Part shown: piece by piece, positions 1 through 10,576 of the stretch
Layout: each line of letters begins with the position of its first letter
Position numbering within the stretch: position 1 is the first letter of the stretch
From: a virus
Lineage: Duplodnaviria; Caudoviricetes
IMG/VR virus record: IMGVR_UViG_3300013121_000022
Location: 96,001 to 160,000 of that record
Reading direction: 5' to 3' (one strand)
DNA: 64,000 nt
The notes under the pieces: model-generated
Database searches by the model: none
What the model was told of the DNA's origin: nothing
Seen by the model: the letters and a program-made list of their open reading frames with translations, nothing else
Translations under genes and position numbers: made by a program

Positions 1-90
1 GAATCGATGTCGTTTAGCGATAAAGATTTGGACGAATCAATGACTGAGGTTTTGAACGACTTCAAAAAAGATTTTACGGAAGTGTGGTAA

Positions 91-435
91 ATGTCGCGAA
101 ATGCCGTTGGGTTTATGTACAATGCAGAAGCGTATACTCTTTCGTTTAGAGATTCGGGCGGACGACTTCTATCTACAGGTGTCTCGGAATTTAGATGCCA
201 TTTTTTGCCGATCTCAAATTCGGTATCTCGAACTCCATTTGGCGGCGCAAGTTCATATCAGGCTTATTGCGATGGGCGTTTAGGAATTCGAGCGGGAGAT
301 TTTTTTGTTCTTACTAAGTGGTACGGATCGGGAATCAATCCTCCCCGTCGATTTAGAGTGGATGGTATGGGCGAGTATCCGCATCCCATTCTCAGTCATT
401 TGACACTAGCTCTTTCGGAACACGTTCAAGAATAA
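91..435 (+). CDS. putative head-closure/head-tail adaptor protein
   Basis: 114 aa; first of four small genes preceding the major tail protein; assigned by synteny. Confidence 0.55.
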   Translation: MSRNAVGFMYNAEAYTLSFRDSGGRLLSTGVSEFRCHFLPISNSVSRTPFGGASSYQAYCDGRLGIRAGDFFVLTKWYGSGINPPRRFRVDGMGEYPHPILSHLTLALSEHVQE

Positions 436-875
436 TGATTACTCTATCGTTAACCGTAGATGGTATTGAATCGACCATTGAAAAAGCAAAGAAGTTCAAT
501 ACGTTCTTTCAGACCTATGAATTTGTAGAGGATTTATCTCAAGCATCTGTAAGAGTATTCGAGTCAAACTTCAAGCCTAATGGTATTGGTCGAATTGATT
601 ACCGACTTAAGTCGGACGATAAAGGTGTATCATCCGAAATATTTGTCAAGTCGGAATTTAAGTATCTGTTCTTTGTTGACAGGGGAACTCCGGCGCACGT
701 CATCAACGGTAAACCCATTCTGACGTGGATTGATAAACAAAGCGAAAAAAGACTGTTTGCAACAAAAGTAAATCACCCGGGAATTCAAGCAACTCACTGG
801 ATCGATAAGGGTGGTCAGAGAATTGCACAAACATTTGTAGCAATGACTCAGGAAGCGCTATCTGAACTCAGATGA
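435..875 (+). CDS. putative neck protein (HK97 gp10-like)
   Basis: FVDRGTPAHVI...KVNHPGIQATHW motif typical of gp10-like neck proteins; synteny. Confidence 0.65.
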   Translation: MITLSLTVDGIESTIEKAKKFNTFFQTYEFVEDLSQASVRVFESNFKPNGIGRIDYRLKSDDKGVSSEIFVKSEFKYLFFVDRGTPAHVINGKPILTWIDKQSEKRLFATKVNHPGIQATHWIDKGGQRIAQTFVAMTQEALSELR

Positions 876-1333
876 ATCAATACAAAAATGTCAAAGTAGC
901 TTTGCGAAACTTTCTGATGGAAAAGTTGAGCTTGACTGGCGAACAAGTTTTTCGTGCTCCACCTAAGCCTACCAGTATCACTCACTATCCGGCAATTATT
1001 ATTAGATCGGCGCAGACTCAAAAAATAAACGAAGACGGGCCAATCAAGAACGATCATCGAATTTTGCTTGGAATCATGACTCGCGGACGTGATCCCACTG
1101 TCGTATCAGATGAATTAGATGACCTACTTCAATCGTTGGATAATGCTGTTTCTCAATATGGGGCTAGGGGACTGGACGCAAATTTGGCCGAAAACAGTCG
1201 TTGGACAGAGTTCACACGCGCCAATGAACCCACTGACTTCAACAATGTGGTTCAGGACGATGTGGGATATGTCGTGTATGGTGTCACAGCCGGAATTCGC
1301 ATTCGAGAGGTGCTTCCAACCGATCTTGGATAA
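872..1333 (+). CDS. putative tail terminator protein
   Basis: YPAIII motif, 153 aa, directly upstream of major tail gene. Confidence 0.6.
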   Translation: MNQYKNVKVALRNFLMEKLSLTGEQVFRAPPKPTSITHYPAIIIRSAQTQKINEDGPIKNDHRILLGIMTRGRDPTVVSDELDDLLQSLDNAVSQYGARGLDANLAENSRWTEFTRANEPTDFNNVVQDDVGYVVYGVTAGIRIREVLPTDLG

Positions 1334-1373
1334 CATCATGGTACAATCATTACATCTATAACCCGTAACGCCG

Positions 1374-1421
1374 AATGCCCGGTGAGGGAGAATATCTATT
1401 CTCTTTCATTGGGCATTTTTT
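1374..1421 (+). terminator. long hairpin followed by U-tract
   Basis: AATGCCCGGTGAGGGAGAAT-atct-ATTCTCTTTCATTGGGCATT-TTTT. Confidence 0.55.
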
Positions 1422-1438
1422 CTTAAGGAGATTCAATA

Positions 1439-1936
1439 ATGGCAACAGTAACAGTAGCCAACATCATAATTGGAGCGGCAACCCTTAAACTTGACGGTGT
1501 GGACGTTGGCGCAATTTCGGGAGGTCTTTCTATTACAAAATCGACTGACGTTTACAACGTCGAAGTTGATAATGTTCGTGCGGCAGTTAAGTACGTTCCT
1601 GTAAAAGAAAACTTCTCAATCAAGACCAACTTGGCCGAAGCAACCCTCAATAACATTCGTTTGGTCTGGAACATTCCATCGAATAAATTGACCACAGGTG
1701 TTTTGCAACTAGGCTTGTCAACCGGATTGGTTGAACACACGCTGGAAGTTACAGGTATTGCTCCAAACGGTTTGACTCGTGTCTATCGAGCATTCCGCGC
1801 AATTTCTGTTCGTCCATCTGAACACGCATATTTGCGAACAAAGGAAACATTGATTCCGGTTGAATTCGACATTTTGCCAGATTTGACTCAGGCAATTGGA
1901 ACTGAACTCGGAACAATCACAGATTACAACTTCTAA
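1439..1936 (+). CDS. major tail (tube) protein
   Basis: NIIIGAA..DVGAISGG pattern of siphovirus tail tube proteins; AAGGAG RBS; upstream of chaperone and tape measure. Confidence 0.8.
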   Translation: MATVTVANIIIGAATLKLDGVDVGAISGGLSITKSTDVYNVEVDNVRAAVKYVPVKENFSIKTNLAEATLNNIRLVWNIPSNKLTTGVLQLGLSTGLVEHTLEVTGIAPNGLTRVYRAFRAISVRPSEHAYLRTKETLIPVEFDILPDLTQAIGTELGTITDYNF

Positions 1937-1992
1937 AGTCACCATCTGAATAATTCCGGTGACACCTTAAAGACAGGAGAAACGCCGAACAC

Positions 1993-2463
1993 ATGAGTAC
2001 AAAAAGAGATCGATCAAGATTTATCCCTGAACCAGTATCAGTTTGGTTGGGACAGGGAGAATACGTCAAAGAATATAAAGTCGTACCAGCGGCATGGTCG
2101 TCGCTGTATTCTTTGAAGTCTGTTTTACGATCATTACTAGAGGACGTTACCGCACTTTGGAATTCCGAAATTCTAACGAGTGTCAAGGCGGCGGTATCTG
2201 ATTCGAGTGACGAAAACGGATCGAAAATGCTTCAATCCATTTTGGTCAATGATGGATTGTGGGCTTTGGTGGATAAGATCATTGAAAAGCCATACGAGAT
2301 TTTTTCGTTGGCTATTCCTGATTTGGACTCCAATTTATTTTCTCAAGACAATCCTAATGGGGCAACCATTCCGCAAGTTTGGGAAACCTTCAAGGTTATT
2401 GCCGAAGTCAATCAGTTGGAGATAGCAAAAAACCTGCTAACGGGCAAGGGTCTGACGAACTAG
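1993..2463 (+). CDS. tail assembly chaperone (gpG-like)
   Basis: between tube and tape measure; in-frame A-AAA-AAC slippery site at 2427-2433. Confidence 0.8.
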   Translation: MSTKRDRSRFIPEPVSVWLGQGEYVKEYKVVPAAWSSLYSLKSVLRSLLEDVTALWNSEILTSVKAAVSDSSDENGSKMLQSILVNDGLWALVDKIIEKPYEIFSLAIPDLDSNLFSQDNPNGATIPQVWETFKVIAEVNQLEIAKNLLTGKGLTN

Positions 2464-2708
2464 AGATAGATAGTCTCATTGCCCGTTTGATCCTAATTAC
2501 TCATCTCTCTCCAGAGATCGTCTTGAAGATGACACCTGCACAAAGTGAAATCATCATTCAAGAGTATGTGCAAATGAATAGTTCAGAAAATGATGTACGC
2601 GAAGTTCCGCTTTCTGACATCACTAGCACTCCAGTTCAAACAGCAACGCTGGACGCCGAATCTACAGCACGATTAAAGGCTGAGATGGCTAAACTCAAGA
2701 ATCCATGA
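2427..2708 (+). CDS. -1 frameshift extension of tail chaperone (gpGT-like)
   Basis: open -1 frame (ORF 2379..2708) entered at the slippery heptamer. Confidence 0.75.
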   Translation, partial: KKPANGQGSDELEIDSLIARLILITHLSPEIVLKMTPAQSEIIIQEYVQMNSSENDVREVPLSDITSTPVQTATLDAESTARLKAEMAKLKNP

Positions 2709-5700
2709 ACACAACTGTAGGCGACATCATCCTTAAGATTGGCGCAACATTCGACTCATCCGGTACGAAGTCTTTGCAAAGCGAGATTGCAAAGACTCGT
2801 ACTGGTATCGACAGCTTGCGTCAGTCTTTAGCGCAACTCAACCAAATAAAACTTGATAATGCTCAAATCATTCAACGCCTACAATCGATTGTAAATGGCG
2901 TAATTCGATTCCGAGAGGTCATGGAATCAGTGATTGGTGTTGCATCTCGATTTGGAGCGGGTGTTGCAAATTCGCTTGGGGGGGGTATCAACAACTTTAT
3001 TGCGCGTGTCTCGCAAGCCATTAATCCAGTCAACGCTTTGCGCGGAGCGATTAGCGGTTTGCGTCGCGTATTTGATATTGCACTAGGAATTGCTCTATTC
3101 AATTCACTTCAACAGTTGACCAGTCAAGCTTTGTCAATGATCAATCAGTTGTCGCCATTGACAACGGGTGTATTGGCGGGACAAATTGATACATCGTTCA
3201 AAGCCCTGTCGATTACAGCGGCAAACGCAGGAATCACATTTGACTCTGTTCGCGATTCAGTAAATGTTCTAAGGGCATCTGGCATCAAGGCAGAGGAAGC
3301 GATTAAAGCCTTAACTCAGGGCTTGCAGATCGGACTTAAGCCCGATCAAATCAAGCAGTTGGCAGGCGCGGCTCAGAATCTTGCCGTTGTCATTGGAACG
3401 GATTCATCCGAAGCGTTCAATCGACTGTTTCAGGCGGTGGTGCGCGGCGATTCGCAAATGTTGCGATTTGCTGGCATCATGAAAACAACCGATCAAATTA
3501 TTCAAGAGTTTGCTCGTTCACATGGAAAGACAGCGGCAGAAGTTCGCGCTAATACCCTATTAATGCGTCAGGCATTTGTGGAGGGTATTCTTGGAGAGGC
3601 ATCTAAGTTTGCGGGTGTATACGAAGCATCTCTAACCGAACTTCAAAAACGTATCGGTTCATTTAGTCGAACCTTTCAAGATTTACAAATCGGCATTGGT
3701 GGAATTTTTACCCCATTACTGGCAGGTGGATTGGGTGGAGTTGAAGAACTTACCGAACGTATTTCGCGACTGTTTTTTGTTACAAAGAAACAGGCCGGAG
3801 AAAATTACGGCAAGATTCTAGCCGATCAACTCAATCAAGCCACTGCCGAACAAATCAAACTAACTGGTAGCACCGAAAGTTACACACAGGTTCAAGCCCT
3901 TACGCAAAAACAAGTATTCTCGCTTGGGGCGGCATTTGACGCTTATCGTACCGCATCAACTACAGGTGGGGACAAAGCAGTTAAAGCGCAAGAGGAATTG
4001 AATGCAGTTTTGATCAAAGTCTCGAAATCCACTGGAGCGAGTATTGATCAACTCAAGAAGCTTGGTGAAACCGGAAAATTATCCTTTGACACCATTGTAA
4101 AGGAAGGTAAGGCGTTTGATCCGTCCAATTTGGCTGTAGGTCTATATTCTCTCAATAAAGCCCTTGCAGGCTTGTTTGAGGACGGTATGAAGGCAGCTCT
4201 TGGAAATGCCTTCAAACAAGTCAAATTGGATTCGCCAGAGGGTATTGAACAAGCCATTGACTGGGGCATCAACTTGGTCGCTGGATTCTCCAATGGTTTA
4301 TTACAGGGTATCAACAATACGCTTGTTCCCGCGCTCGTTTCGGTAGCACAAACCGTTGTTAGTTTCTTGGGTATATTTAGTCCGGCAGAGCAAGGGCCAC
4401 TTGCTCAGGATATGTCCAAGTGGGGATCAAATCTTGGTGAGTCGTTTGCCGATGGTATTACAGAGGGAACTCCAGCGGTTGCTAATGCATCCGAAGAAAT
4501 GGCGCAAACAGTTGCCGACAACCTGAATCCAGAGGAATCGCCAATTCTATCTGCAATTCAAGAGTATGGTCGTACAATATCTCGTGCTCTTTTGACTGGT
4601 CTTAAAATTCAAGATTTCAGTGAACTCAATTTCTTGGGCGGAATCGCTCAAAGTTTACTTGGTGGAGGCCAACAGGACTCGCAGGGACTTCAAAATTCAG
4701 AACGCGCCAGAGAATTAATTGCTCAGGCGTTGAATGATATTCGCTCAGGCGGATCGGTAGCACAAGGTACATTGTCGAGTTTACAAGGCTTGCTTGGCAA
4801 CGCCTTTCAGGATTACGCCAAATACTTTGATTTACTAAGTCAAGTTACAGATGAGGAAGAATTTCAAGCCGAAAGCGAAAAGAAGTTGGCGCAAGCGAAA
4901 GATGAAATTGCATCCGCCACAGATCGTGTTCGTGAAGCAACTGAACGACTTCGCCAATTTGAGCAGGATACCGCCGATATTCCAGAACGTTACACTCGTG
5001 GGCGCAGACGCCAGTTGCAGGAAGAATTAGATGCCGCTCGTCAAGAGGAAGAAAAGCGACGACTGGCCGCACAGCAACTATCTGAGGATATTCAAAAGAA
5101 AGAAGACGCCAACAAAAAGATTCGGGAACAAATCGCGCTTCAACGTGCTTTGATTCAAGAACTTGCCAGACAAGCGGCGGCACAAGCGCAGATCAACAAA
5201 CTGACTCAGCAAACACCACAACCCAATCCAGTGGACGTGGCCGCAGTTACCAGTCGTTTAGAAGAATTGGCCGGAAAATTACCGGACAAGATTCGAGAGA
5301 AGTTGATTAGGGCATTTGCGCCAGTACGCGAAGAATTCGACAAGCTGCTTGCTTTTATTAATGGTGCTCTTGGTAAAGAGTTGAACTTACCATCTAACTT
5401 TGCTAATTTATCTCAAGAAGAACAACGAGATATTTTGCAGAGTCTTACTCCATCTTATGCGGCTGGAAAAGATTTTGCCAAAGCGTTAGGTGGAATTGGC
5501 GGATCGCTCAAAGGTGCGTTTGATGGCGTCTTGGCGTTTTTCAATAGTCCAAACGTTCAAAGCGGACTCAAACTAATCAAAGATATTTTGAGCACCGACA
5601 CTGGTAAAAGTGTAATCACCTTTGCTATTGGTGGTTTGTTGTTGAACAGTTTGTCGGGCGGATTGTTAAGTGGAATTGCTCGATTCTTGTTTAGCACAAC

Positions 5701-7111
5701 CGTTGGTCAGGCCGCGTTACTTGGAGTCCCAATTACTGCCGCGATTTTGTTTACACTGAATGCAATCACCGAAGGCGATCTTGCTAGGGATTTCATGAAG
5801 TGGTTTGAACCCGGAACAATTGAACAAGCAAAAATCTTGCTGTCGGTTTTACTGACTGATGATTCGATTTCGGCAACTGATAAGGTTGCGTTAGTCTTCA
5901 AGGAAATCTTGGGATATTTGTCTACCACTAACGATAAACTCGTTGGATTTTTGACAACCATCAATATCCCATTGGTTATTGCAAAATCAATTGCCTCTGA
6001 AACCTACAGACTCATTACGAGTGTTGAAGTAGTTTTAGGCAGAGTGTTGGGAGTAAAAATTCCACAGCCATTGATTGACTTTGCAGAATTGATCCGACAA
6101 TATGCCAATATCGGACTTGATTTTGCTCCAACAAAGCCCAACCAACAGGTTGCCGATGAATCTCAGACTCCGCCTAACCAAAAGCCATTACTGGATCAAG
6201 TAACCGATTCGGCGGCGGCGACTTTGACGGAAGTCTTTAGAATTATCAGTGAAAAGGGATCGGCAATTTCTCAGTCAGTCTATGACTTGATTACCGCTCC
6301 ATCTTTGCAACACTTTATTGATTTGGCAAACGAACTTGTCTGGAACTCCGTTGTACCGGATATGATTGACGAGATTATCGGTCAGTTCTCAAGAGGCGCA
6401 TCGTCCATTGGAACTATATCGTCAATTATTACCAGACTGGTGTTGAGTGCATTTGGAGCAATGGCGTCGGGCGTTGCCCGTATTGTTCAGGGCTTATTGA
6501 ACTTCGCGGTTGGCGCGTTTACGGCATTGTTACGAACAATCTCGAATTTTACATTTTCATCGTCATCGCTGATCAACTTGTTCGTTTCAAACTTGAGTCG
6601 ATCTGTAACAAGTATTTCAAGCATCTTGATTCGTATTCAAGGACTATTCTTTAGTGCTTCCAGTGTCATTACGCAAACTTGGACTCAGATGATTTTGACG
6701 TTGAATTTCTTGAACAATATGATGGTTACAAACGTTACCAACATGATCACTAGAGTCATCAATGGATTTAAGGCGCTATACGATACATTGGTTGGAAATT
6801 CAATTGTTCCAGATTTGGCGGATGAAATTGTTGCCAACTTCGCCGGATTGACTCCGCGCACTGGCCGAGAAGTCTCTGGATTTAAGTCGATGGTTGAAGA
6901 TCAATTAAGCGCAATTGATGGTCAAATGAACATCAAGACACCTGCTAGAGTCGCTGGCGCAAGTCAATCAACCAAGATTGTAGTCGATCAATCGGGTTGG
7001 GTGTTCCCCGCCAACATGGACGCGGCGCAACAAGCAACCATCAAGCGTATTGCTCGTGAAGAATCCTACAACGGAATCATTTCTGTATTTGAAAAGGCAA
7101 AACCAGTCTAA
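2705..7111 (+). CDS. tail tape measure protein
   Basis: 1468 aa, Ala/Gly/Leu-rich helical, coiled-coil centre, LVGNSIVPD motifs; synteny. Confidence 0.92.
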   Translation: MNTTVGDIILKIGATFDSSGTKSLQSEIAKTRTGIDSLRQSLAQLNQIKLDNAQIIQRLQSIVNGVIRFREVMESVIGVASRFGAGVANSLGGGINNFIARVSQAINPVNALRGAISGLRRVFDIALGIALFNSLQQLTSQALSMINQLSPLTTGVLAGQIDTSFKALSITAANAGITFDSVRDSVNVLRASGIKAEEAIKALTQGLQIGLKPDQIKQLAGAAQNLAVVIGTDSSEAFNRLFQAVVRGDSQMLRFAGIMKTTDQIIQEFARSHGKTAAEVRANTLLMRQAFVEGILGEASKFAGVYEASLTELQKRIGSFSRTFQDLQIGIGGIFTPLLAGGLGGVEELTERISRLFFVTKKQAGENYGKILADQLNQATAEQIKLTGSTESYTQVQALTQKQVFSLGAAFDAYRTASTTGGDKAVKAQEELNAVLIKVSKSTGASIDQLKKLGETGKLSFDTIVKEGKAFDPSNLAVGLYSLNKALAGLFEDGMKAALGNAFKQVKLDSPEGIEQAIDWGINLVAGFSNGLLQGINNTLVPALVSVAQTVVSFLGIFSPAEQGPLAQDMSKWGSNLGESFADGITEGTPAVANASEEMAQTVADNLNPEESPILSAIQEYGRTISRALLTGLKIQDFSELNFLGGIAQSLLGGGQQDSQGLQNSERARELIAQALNDIRSGGSVAQGTLSSLQGLLGNAFQDYAKYFDLLSQVTDEEEFQAESEKKLAQAKDEIASATDRVREATERLRQFEQDTADIPERYTRGRRRQLQEELDAARQEEEKRRLAAQQLSEDIQKKEDANKKIREQIALQRALIQELARQAAAQAQINKLTQQTPQPNPVDVAAVTSRLEELAGKLPDKIREKLIRAFAPVREEFDKLLAFINGALGKELNLPSNFANLSQEEQRDILQSLTPSYAAGKDFAKALGGIGGSLKGAFDGVLAFFNSPNVQSGLKLIKDILSTDTGKSVITFAIGGLLLNSLSGGLLSGIARFLFSTTVGQAALLGVPITAAILFTLNAITEGDLARDFMKWFEPGTIEQAKILLSVLLTDDSISATDKVALVFKEILGYLSTTNDKLVGFLTTINIPLVIAKSIASETYRLITSVEVVLGRVLGVKIPQPLIDFAELIRQYANIGLDFAPTKPNQQVADESQTPPNQKPLLDQVTDSAAATLTEVFRIISEKGSAISQSVYDLITAPSLQHFIDLANELVWNSVVPDMIDEIIGQFSRGASSIGTISSIITRLVLSAFGAMASGVARIVQGLLNFAVGAFTALLRTISNFTFSSSSLINLFVSNLSRSVTSISSILIRIQGLFFSASSVITQTWTQMILTLNFLNNMMVTNVTNMITRVINGFKALYDTLVGNSIVPDLADEIVANFAGLTPRTGREVSGFKSMVEDQLSAIDGQMNIKTPARVAGASQSTKIVVDQSGWVFPANMDAAQQATIKRIAREESYNGIISVFEKAKPV

Positions 7112-7512
7112 TGGCTAATCAACAGGGTTTAGGCGGAAATTATGCACTTGGATTTACTAATCCTCCAACTCCACTTGAGTCGGTTGGTATTGTCGATCCA
7201 TTTCCGGGAGAGCTTCAACCGTTCTCCGAAGTTTTGGGCGTAGCCGGATCGGGTAAGCAAGTCCGTTTGGGATTACCAATTGCTAAATGGACTTGGGGAA
7301 TGCTTGATCAAACACAATTTGGTTATTTTATGCAGTTCATCTCTGGAGGGGATTCGCGGGTGTATATTAAAACTCGCGTTCCGTCTGGAACGGTTATGAC
7401 ATATCATACGTTTCAGGCAACTATGCATTACCCTTCTAAGGCAACTCCTGTAGCGGGTGGATTATGGCGAGATGTTGAAATAGTGTTTACTCACTTAGTC
7501 AACGCTCCATAA
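7111..7512 (+). CDS. putative distal tail protein
   Basis: 133 aa immediately after tape measure. Confidence 0.55.
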   Translation: MANQQGLGGNYALGFTNPPTPLESVGIVDPFPGELQPFSEVLGVAGSGKQVRLGLPIAKWTWGMLDQTQFGYFMQFISGGDSRVYIKTRVPSGTVMTYHTFQATMHYPSKATPVAGGLWRDVEIVFTHLVNAP

Positions 7513-7514
7513 TA

Positions 7515-7528
7515 GATCGGCGCAGATC
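7515..7528 (+). repeat. dispersed 14-bp motif GATCGGCGCAGATC (representative copy)
   Basis: perfect copies at 7515, 19009(-), 29192, 38380, 45400, 46558; 13/14 at 29561, 50361; 12/14 at 1005, 33497(-), 43998. Confidence 0.9.
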
Positions 7529-7531
7529 AAT

Positions 7532-10500
7532 ATGGCGTTTACAGCTTCACAACTTGAAATTCTTCGCAGAAAGCTTCAATACCAGCAAGTTTATCTTGCT
7601 ATCGAATCTCCTATTACCGTTTGGACAGGTCGAGTTGCGGGTTCTCCCAATCCCGGTGCAAACGTCATTACTTTTTCAAACGAAAATGTCATTGCCACTC
7701 CGGTCAACTCATACACTTTACTGGTAGGTTCGACTGCCGGAGCGAGAGATAAGGGTGTTGTTCGTTTTCGATCCAAGTCGGGCAGTACATTAACTCTTGG
7801 CTACAACCATATTGATTGGGATAATGGCGATTACTTGACTATTGTTCGTCAGGTACGACCCTGGGCTTTATTTCCATCGGTGGATGGATCAAAAGAAGAT
7901 CAAGACATTACCTATTCAAACCAAAATAGTCAGGTCGATCCAATCGCGAGAATCGGATCAAGTGCGGCCTGTGCTTTTCGAGATCAAGATGGCTATGCGC
8001 GAGTCAAGTTTTATAGCAACTCTGAAGCAGTATCCGGTAGCTTATCGTCTCATGCATGGACATTTGAAGGCGGACTTCCCGCATCATCAAGTTCGGCGGG
8101 ATCGGTTGGGACTCCCATTGAGGTTTTATTCTCAGGACTTGGACAACATTGGGTGACATATACCGTCACGGATACCAATGGAAAATCCAGCACACGCTAC
8201 TGTATCGTATATGTGTTTGATCGCGACGGAGTGGGTGCGCCACTGGTTCAAGACAATACCAACTATGGACTATCTGCCTTTGAAGTTACGAGCTTGACTG
8301 GAAATTACGAAGATGGTGGTTGGTCACTGGAGTTCAACTCTGAATATCTAAGATCGAATTGGTTGGAGGGTTCTCAGGTAGTTGTATTCGCAGATCAATA
8401 CTGGACAGGCGAACAAACCAATATTGGACTTGGCTGGAGTTATCGAGAAAACATTTTGTTTTCGGGTTGGATCAAAAGCAGTCGAACCAACGAAACTGCC
8501 GACAAATCGTACACCACGTTTTCCTGCTATGGGCCTGTAGGCTGGCTGAAAGAAGCAGAAGCATGGCCTGCTAATTTGACATACGCAAGTAGCGGCTGGC
8601 ATGGACTTGGGGCGAGTATGACTCCAGATCGGGCATCCCTACATTTATTGCGCGAACATTCAAATTTAGACTTGCTATGTGACATTACCCTAACGGGTGT
8701 TTCGTCGTCATTGTTGTACGTAGATTGTGCAGAGGACAGACTTTATAACCAAATCAACAATCAAATTTTGTCGAGTATTAGTGCCCGTCTCTTATCAGAT
8801 CGTCTTGGTCGCTTGATTGCTGAACAAAATCAGCAACTTATTCCTGTAGCGTCTCGATCCGCAGATACGCTTATGATCTTTACATCAGAGGATTGGCGAG
8901 ATGAAATAAGTTTGGGTGATGAATTTGACTTCACCCAAGTCAGTCAAATTGACTTTGCAGGTTTCTATTACTCTGGTGCTGATCCTAAAAAATACTATTC
9001 ACTTGCTCCTGGACGCGAGCTTTCCACTGGATCAATCGAGCAAATTACCGGAGTTCGCGCTGATACGCAAGAAGCTACTAATATTTTGGCAGGCTTGTAT
9101 TTGGCATGGCGCAATAACAAATTTCAGGATGTCCGTTTACCCCTTGCCGGATTTATGCCTATGGATATTGTTCCGCAACAACGAATATCGATTACCTTAG
9201 CGGCAAGCGATACAACGCGTCAATTGGTTTGGTCGGCTAAATCGTTCTGGATTCGATCCGTTGTTCATGATTTGACACGCGGATCGATTGCGACTGACAT
9301 AACTGCTGAGGCCGAATCGGACGGGCCACCCGGAGTAACCAATATTATTCCTGATGACGCTCCGCCTGCATATCCAGATTATGCGGGATCGTTTGATATA
9401 CCCGAAATTACTCCTACTGATGTACCCGAAGCTACTGTAGAAGCGGGTGATGGAAATACGATGTTCGGAATTAGTTATAACAATTCCTACATTGTTCGCA
9501 CGTTTGACTTTTTGGCGGTATCTCCGACATGGACAGATATTACAGGTGCGTGTACCGGAACAAAGTATGTCTTTCGCCTTGATCCGTTTGATCCTGCAAA
9601 TAAAGCCACTTGTTTGACTTCAACGGGAGTCTGGTATTCAACAAACATTCGCGATACTTCGCCAACGTGGACACAAAGTATTTCTAATACCCAACTGGCA
9701 ACCTTATGCGGAAAAACACTGTCTTATGATTTTCAGCTGTGCCACATGAGTCATACAATTGTGTCGGAAGGAAAATTGTATGTCATGATTTTGAATGCCA
9801 CTGATTCGGCTGGCAACTATTATGAGTCGGTGTTATTCAAGACATCCAATTATGCATCTGGATCGTCGGGATGGTCTGCCATTGTCAATAAAATTTGGGG
9901 ATATAAGGCTTTATCTCCGAACGCAGAAGCATTGGCGATTAGCCAACGCAATCCTGGTTATATATTTGCATCAGTTGGAATGTATAGTTACCCAAACGTA
10001 GCTGGGCAACTATGCAAATCAACGGACGATGGAGTAACATGGACTTATCATGTCATTAGCGGAACTGATCCGCAAAACGGATGTCATTTGTTTATTCCAT
10101 ATACTGGCAACAACGATCAAATCATTTATGCTGGTCATCCTACACACTCAGGAAGTCATTCTGGCAAATTTGTTAAATCGACTAATGGTGGAGCTTCATG
10201 GTCTGGTATAACGACAGGCGGATTGATGTGGACTCCCGAATCCATGACGGAATCGCCTATTGTTACAGGCGGAACAGCGACATGGGTCATTATTGATGAT
10301 ACACTGTATATTTATGACGGTACAACTCTTACGGGCATAGGAGCAAGTCCCGGATCAACTAGCTTGGCAGGTAATGCGGCCAAAGGTGGTTTCGGCGGAT
10401 GGCCTTTTGATAACAACATTATTCGTTTGTCGTATCGTGACGGATCGGGTTACTGTCGGGTGTATCGATCTACAGATGGCGGATTGAATTGGACAGACTG

Positions 10501-10576
10501 CACTGGTAACATATCATCTATTTTCACAGGTACACACTTGGTTTATCTTGTTCCAATTTGGGTTGCATATTCATGA
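7532..10576 (+). CDS. baseplate hub/tail-tip protein with PKD-like and BNR/Asp-box beta-propeller regions
   Basis: 1014 aa; WTFEGG and YTVTDTNG (PKD-like); repeated STDDGVTW/STNGGASW/STDGGLNW Asp-boxes. Confidence 0.7.
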   Translation: MAFTASQLEILRRKLQYQQVYLAIESPITVWTGRVAGSPNPGANVITFSNENVIATPVNSYTLLVGSTAGARDKGVVRFRSKSGSTLTLGYNHIDWDNGDYLTIVRQVRPWALFPSVDGSKEDQDITYSNQNSQVDPIARIGSSAACAFRDQDGYARVKFYSNSEAVSGSLSSHAWTFEGGLPASSSSAGSVGTPIEVLFSGLGQHWVTYTVTDTNGKSSTRYCIVYVFDRDGVGAPLVQDNTNYGLSAFEVTSLTGNYEDGGWSLEFNSEYLRSNWLEGSQVVVFADQYWTGEQTNIGLGWSYRENILFSGWIKSSRTNETADKSYTTFSCYGPVGWLKEAEAWPANLTYASSGWHGLGASMTPDRASLHLLREHSNLDLLCDITLTGVSSSLLYVDCAEDRLYNQINNQILSSISARLLSDRLGRLIAEQNQQLIPVASRSADTLMIFTSEDWRDEISLGDEFDFTQVSQIDFAGFYYSGADPKKYYSLAPGRELSTGSIEQITGVRADTQEATNILAGLYLAWRNNKFQDVRLPLAGFMPMDIVPQQRISITLAASDTTRQLVWSAKSFWIRSVVHDLTRGSIATDITAEAESDGPPGVTNIIPDDAPPAYPDYAGSFDIPEITPTDVPEATVEAGDGNTMFGISYNNSYIVRTFDFLAVSPTWTDITGACTGTKYVFRLDPFDPANKATCLTSTGVWYSTNIRDTSPTWTQSISNTQLATLCGKTLSYDFQLCHMSHTIVSEGKLYVMILNATDSAGNYYESVLFKTSNYASGSSGWSAIVNKIWGYKALSPNAEALAISQRNPGYIFASVGMYSYPNVAGQLCKSTDDGVTWTYHVISGTDPQNGCHLFIPYTGNNDQIIYAGHPTHSGSHSGKFVKSTNGGASWSGITTGGLMWTPESMTESPIVTGGTATWVIIDDTLYIYDGTTLTGIGASPGSTSLAGNAAKGGFGGWPFDNNIIRLSYRDGSGYCRVYRSTDGGLNWTDCTGNISSIFTGTHLVYLVPIWVAYS

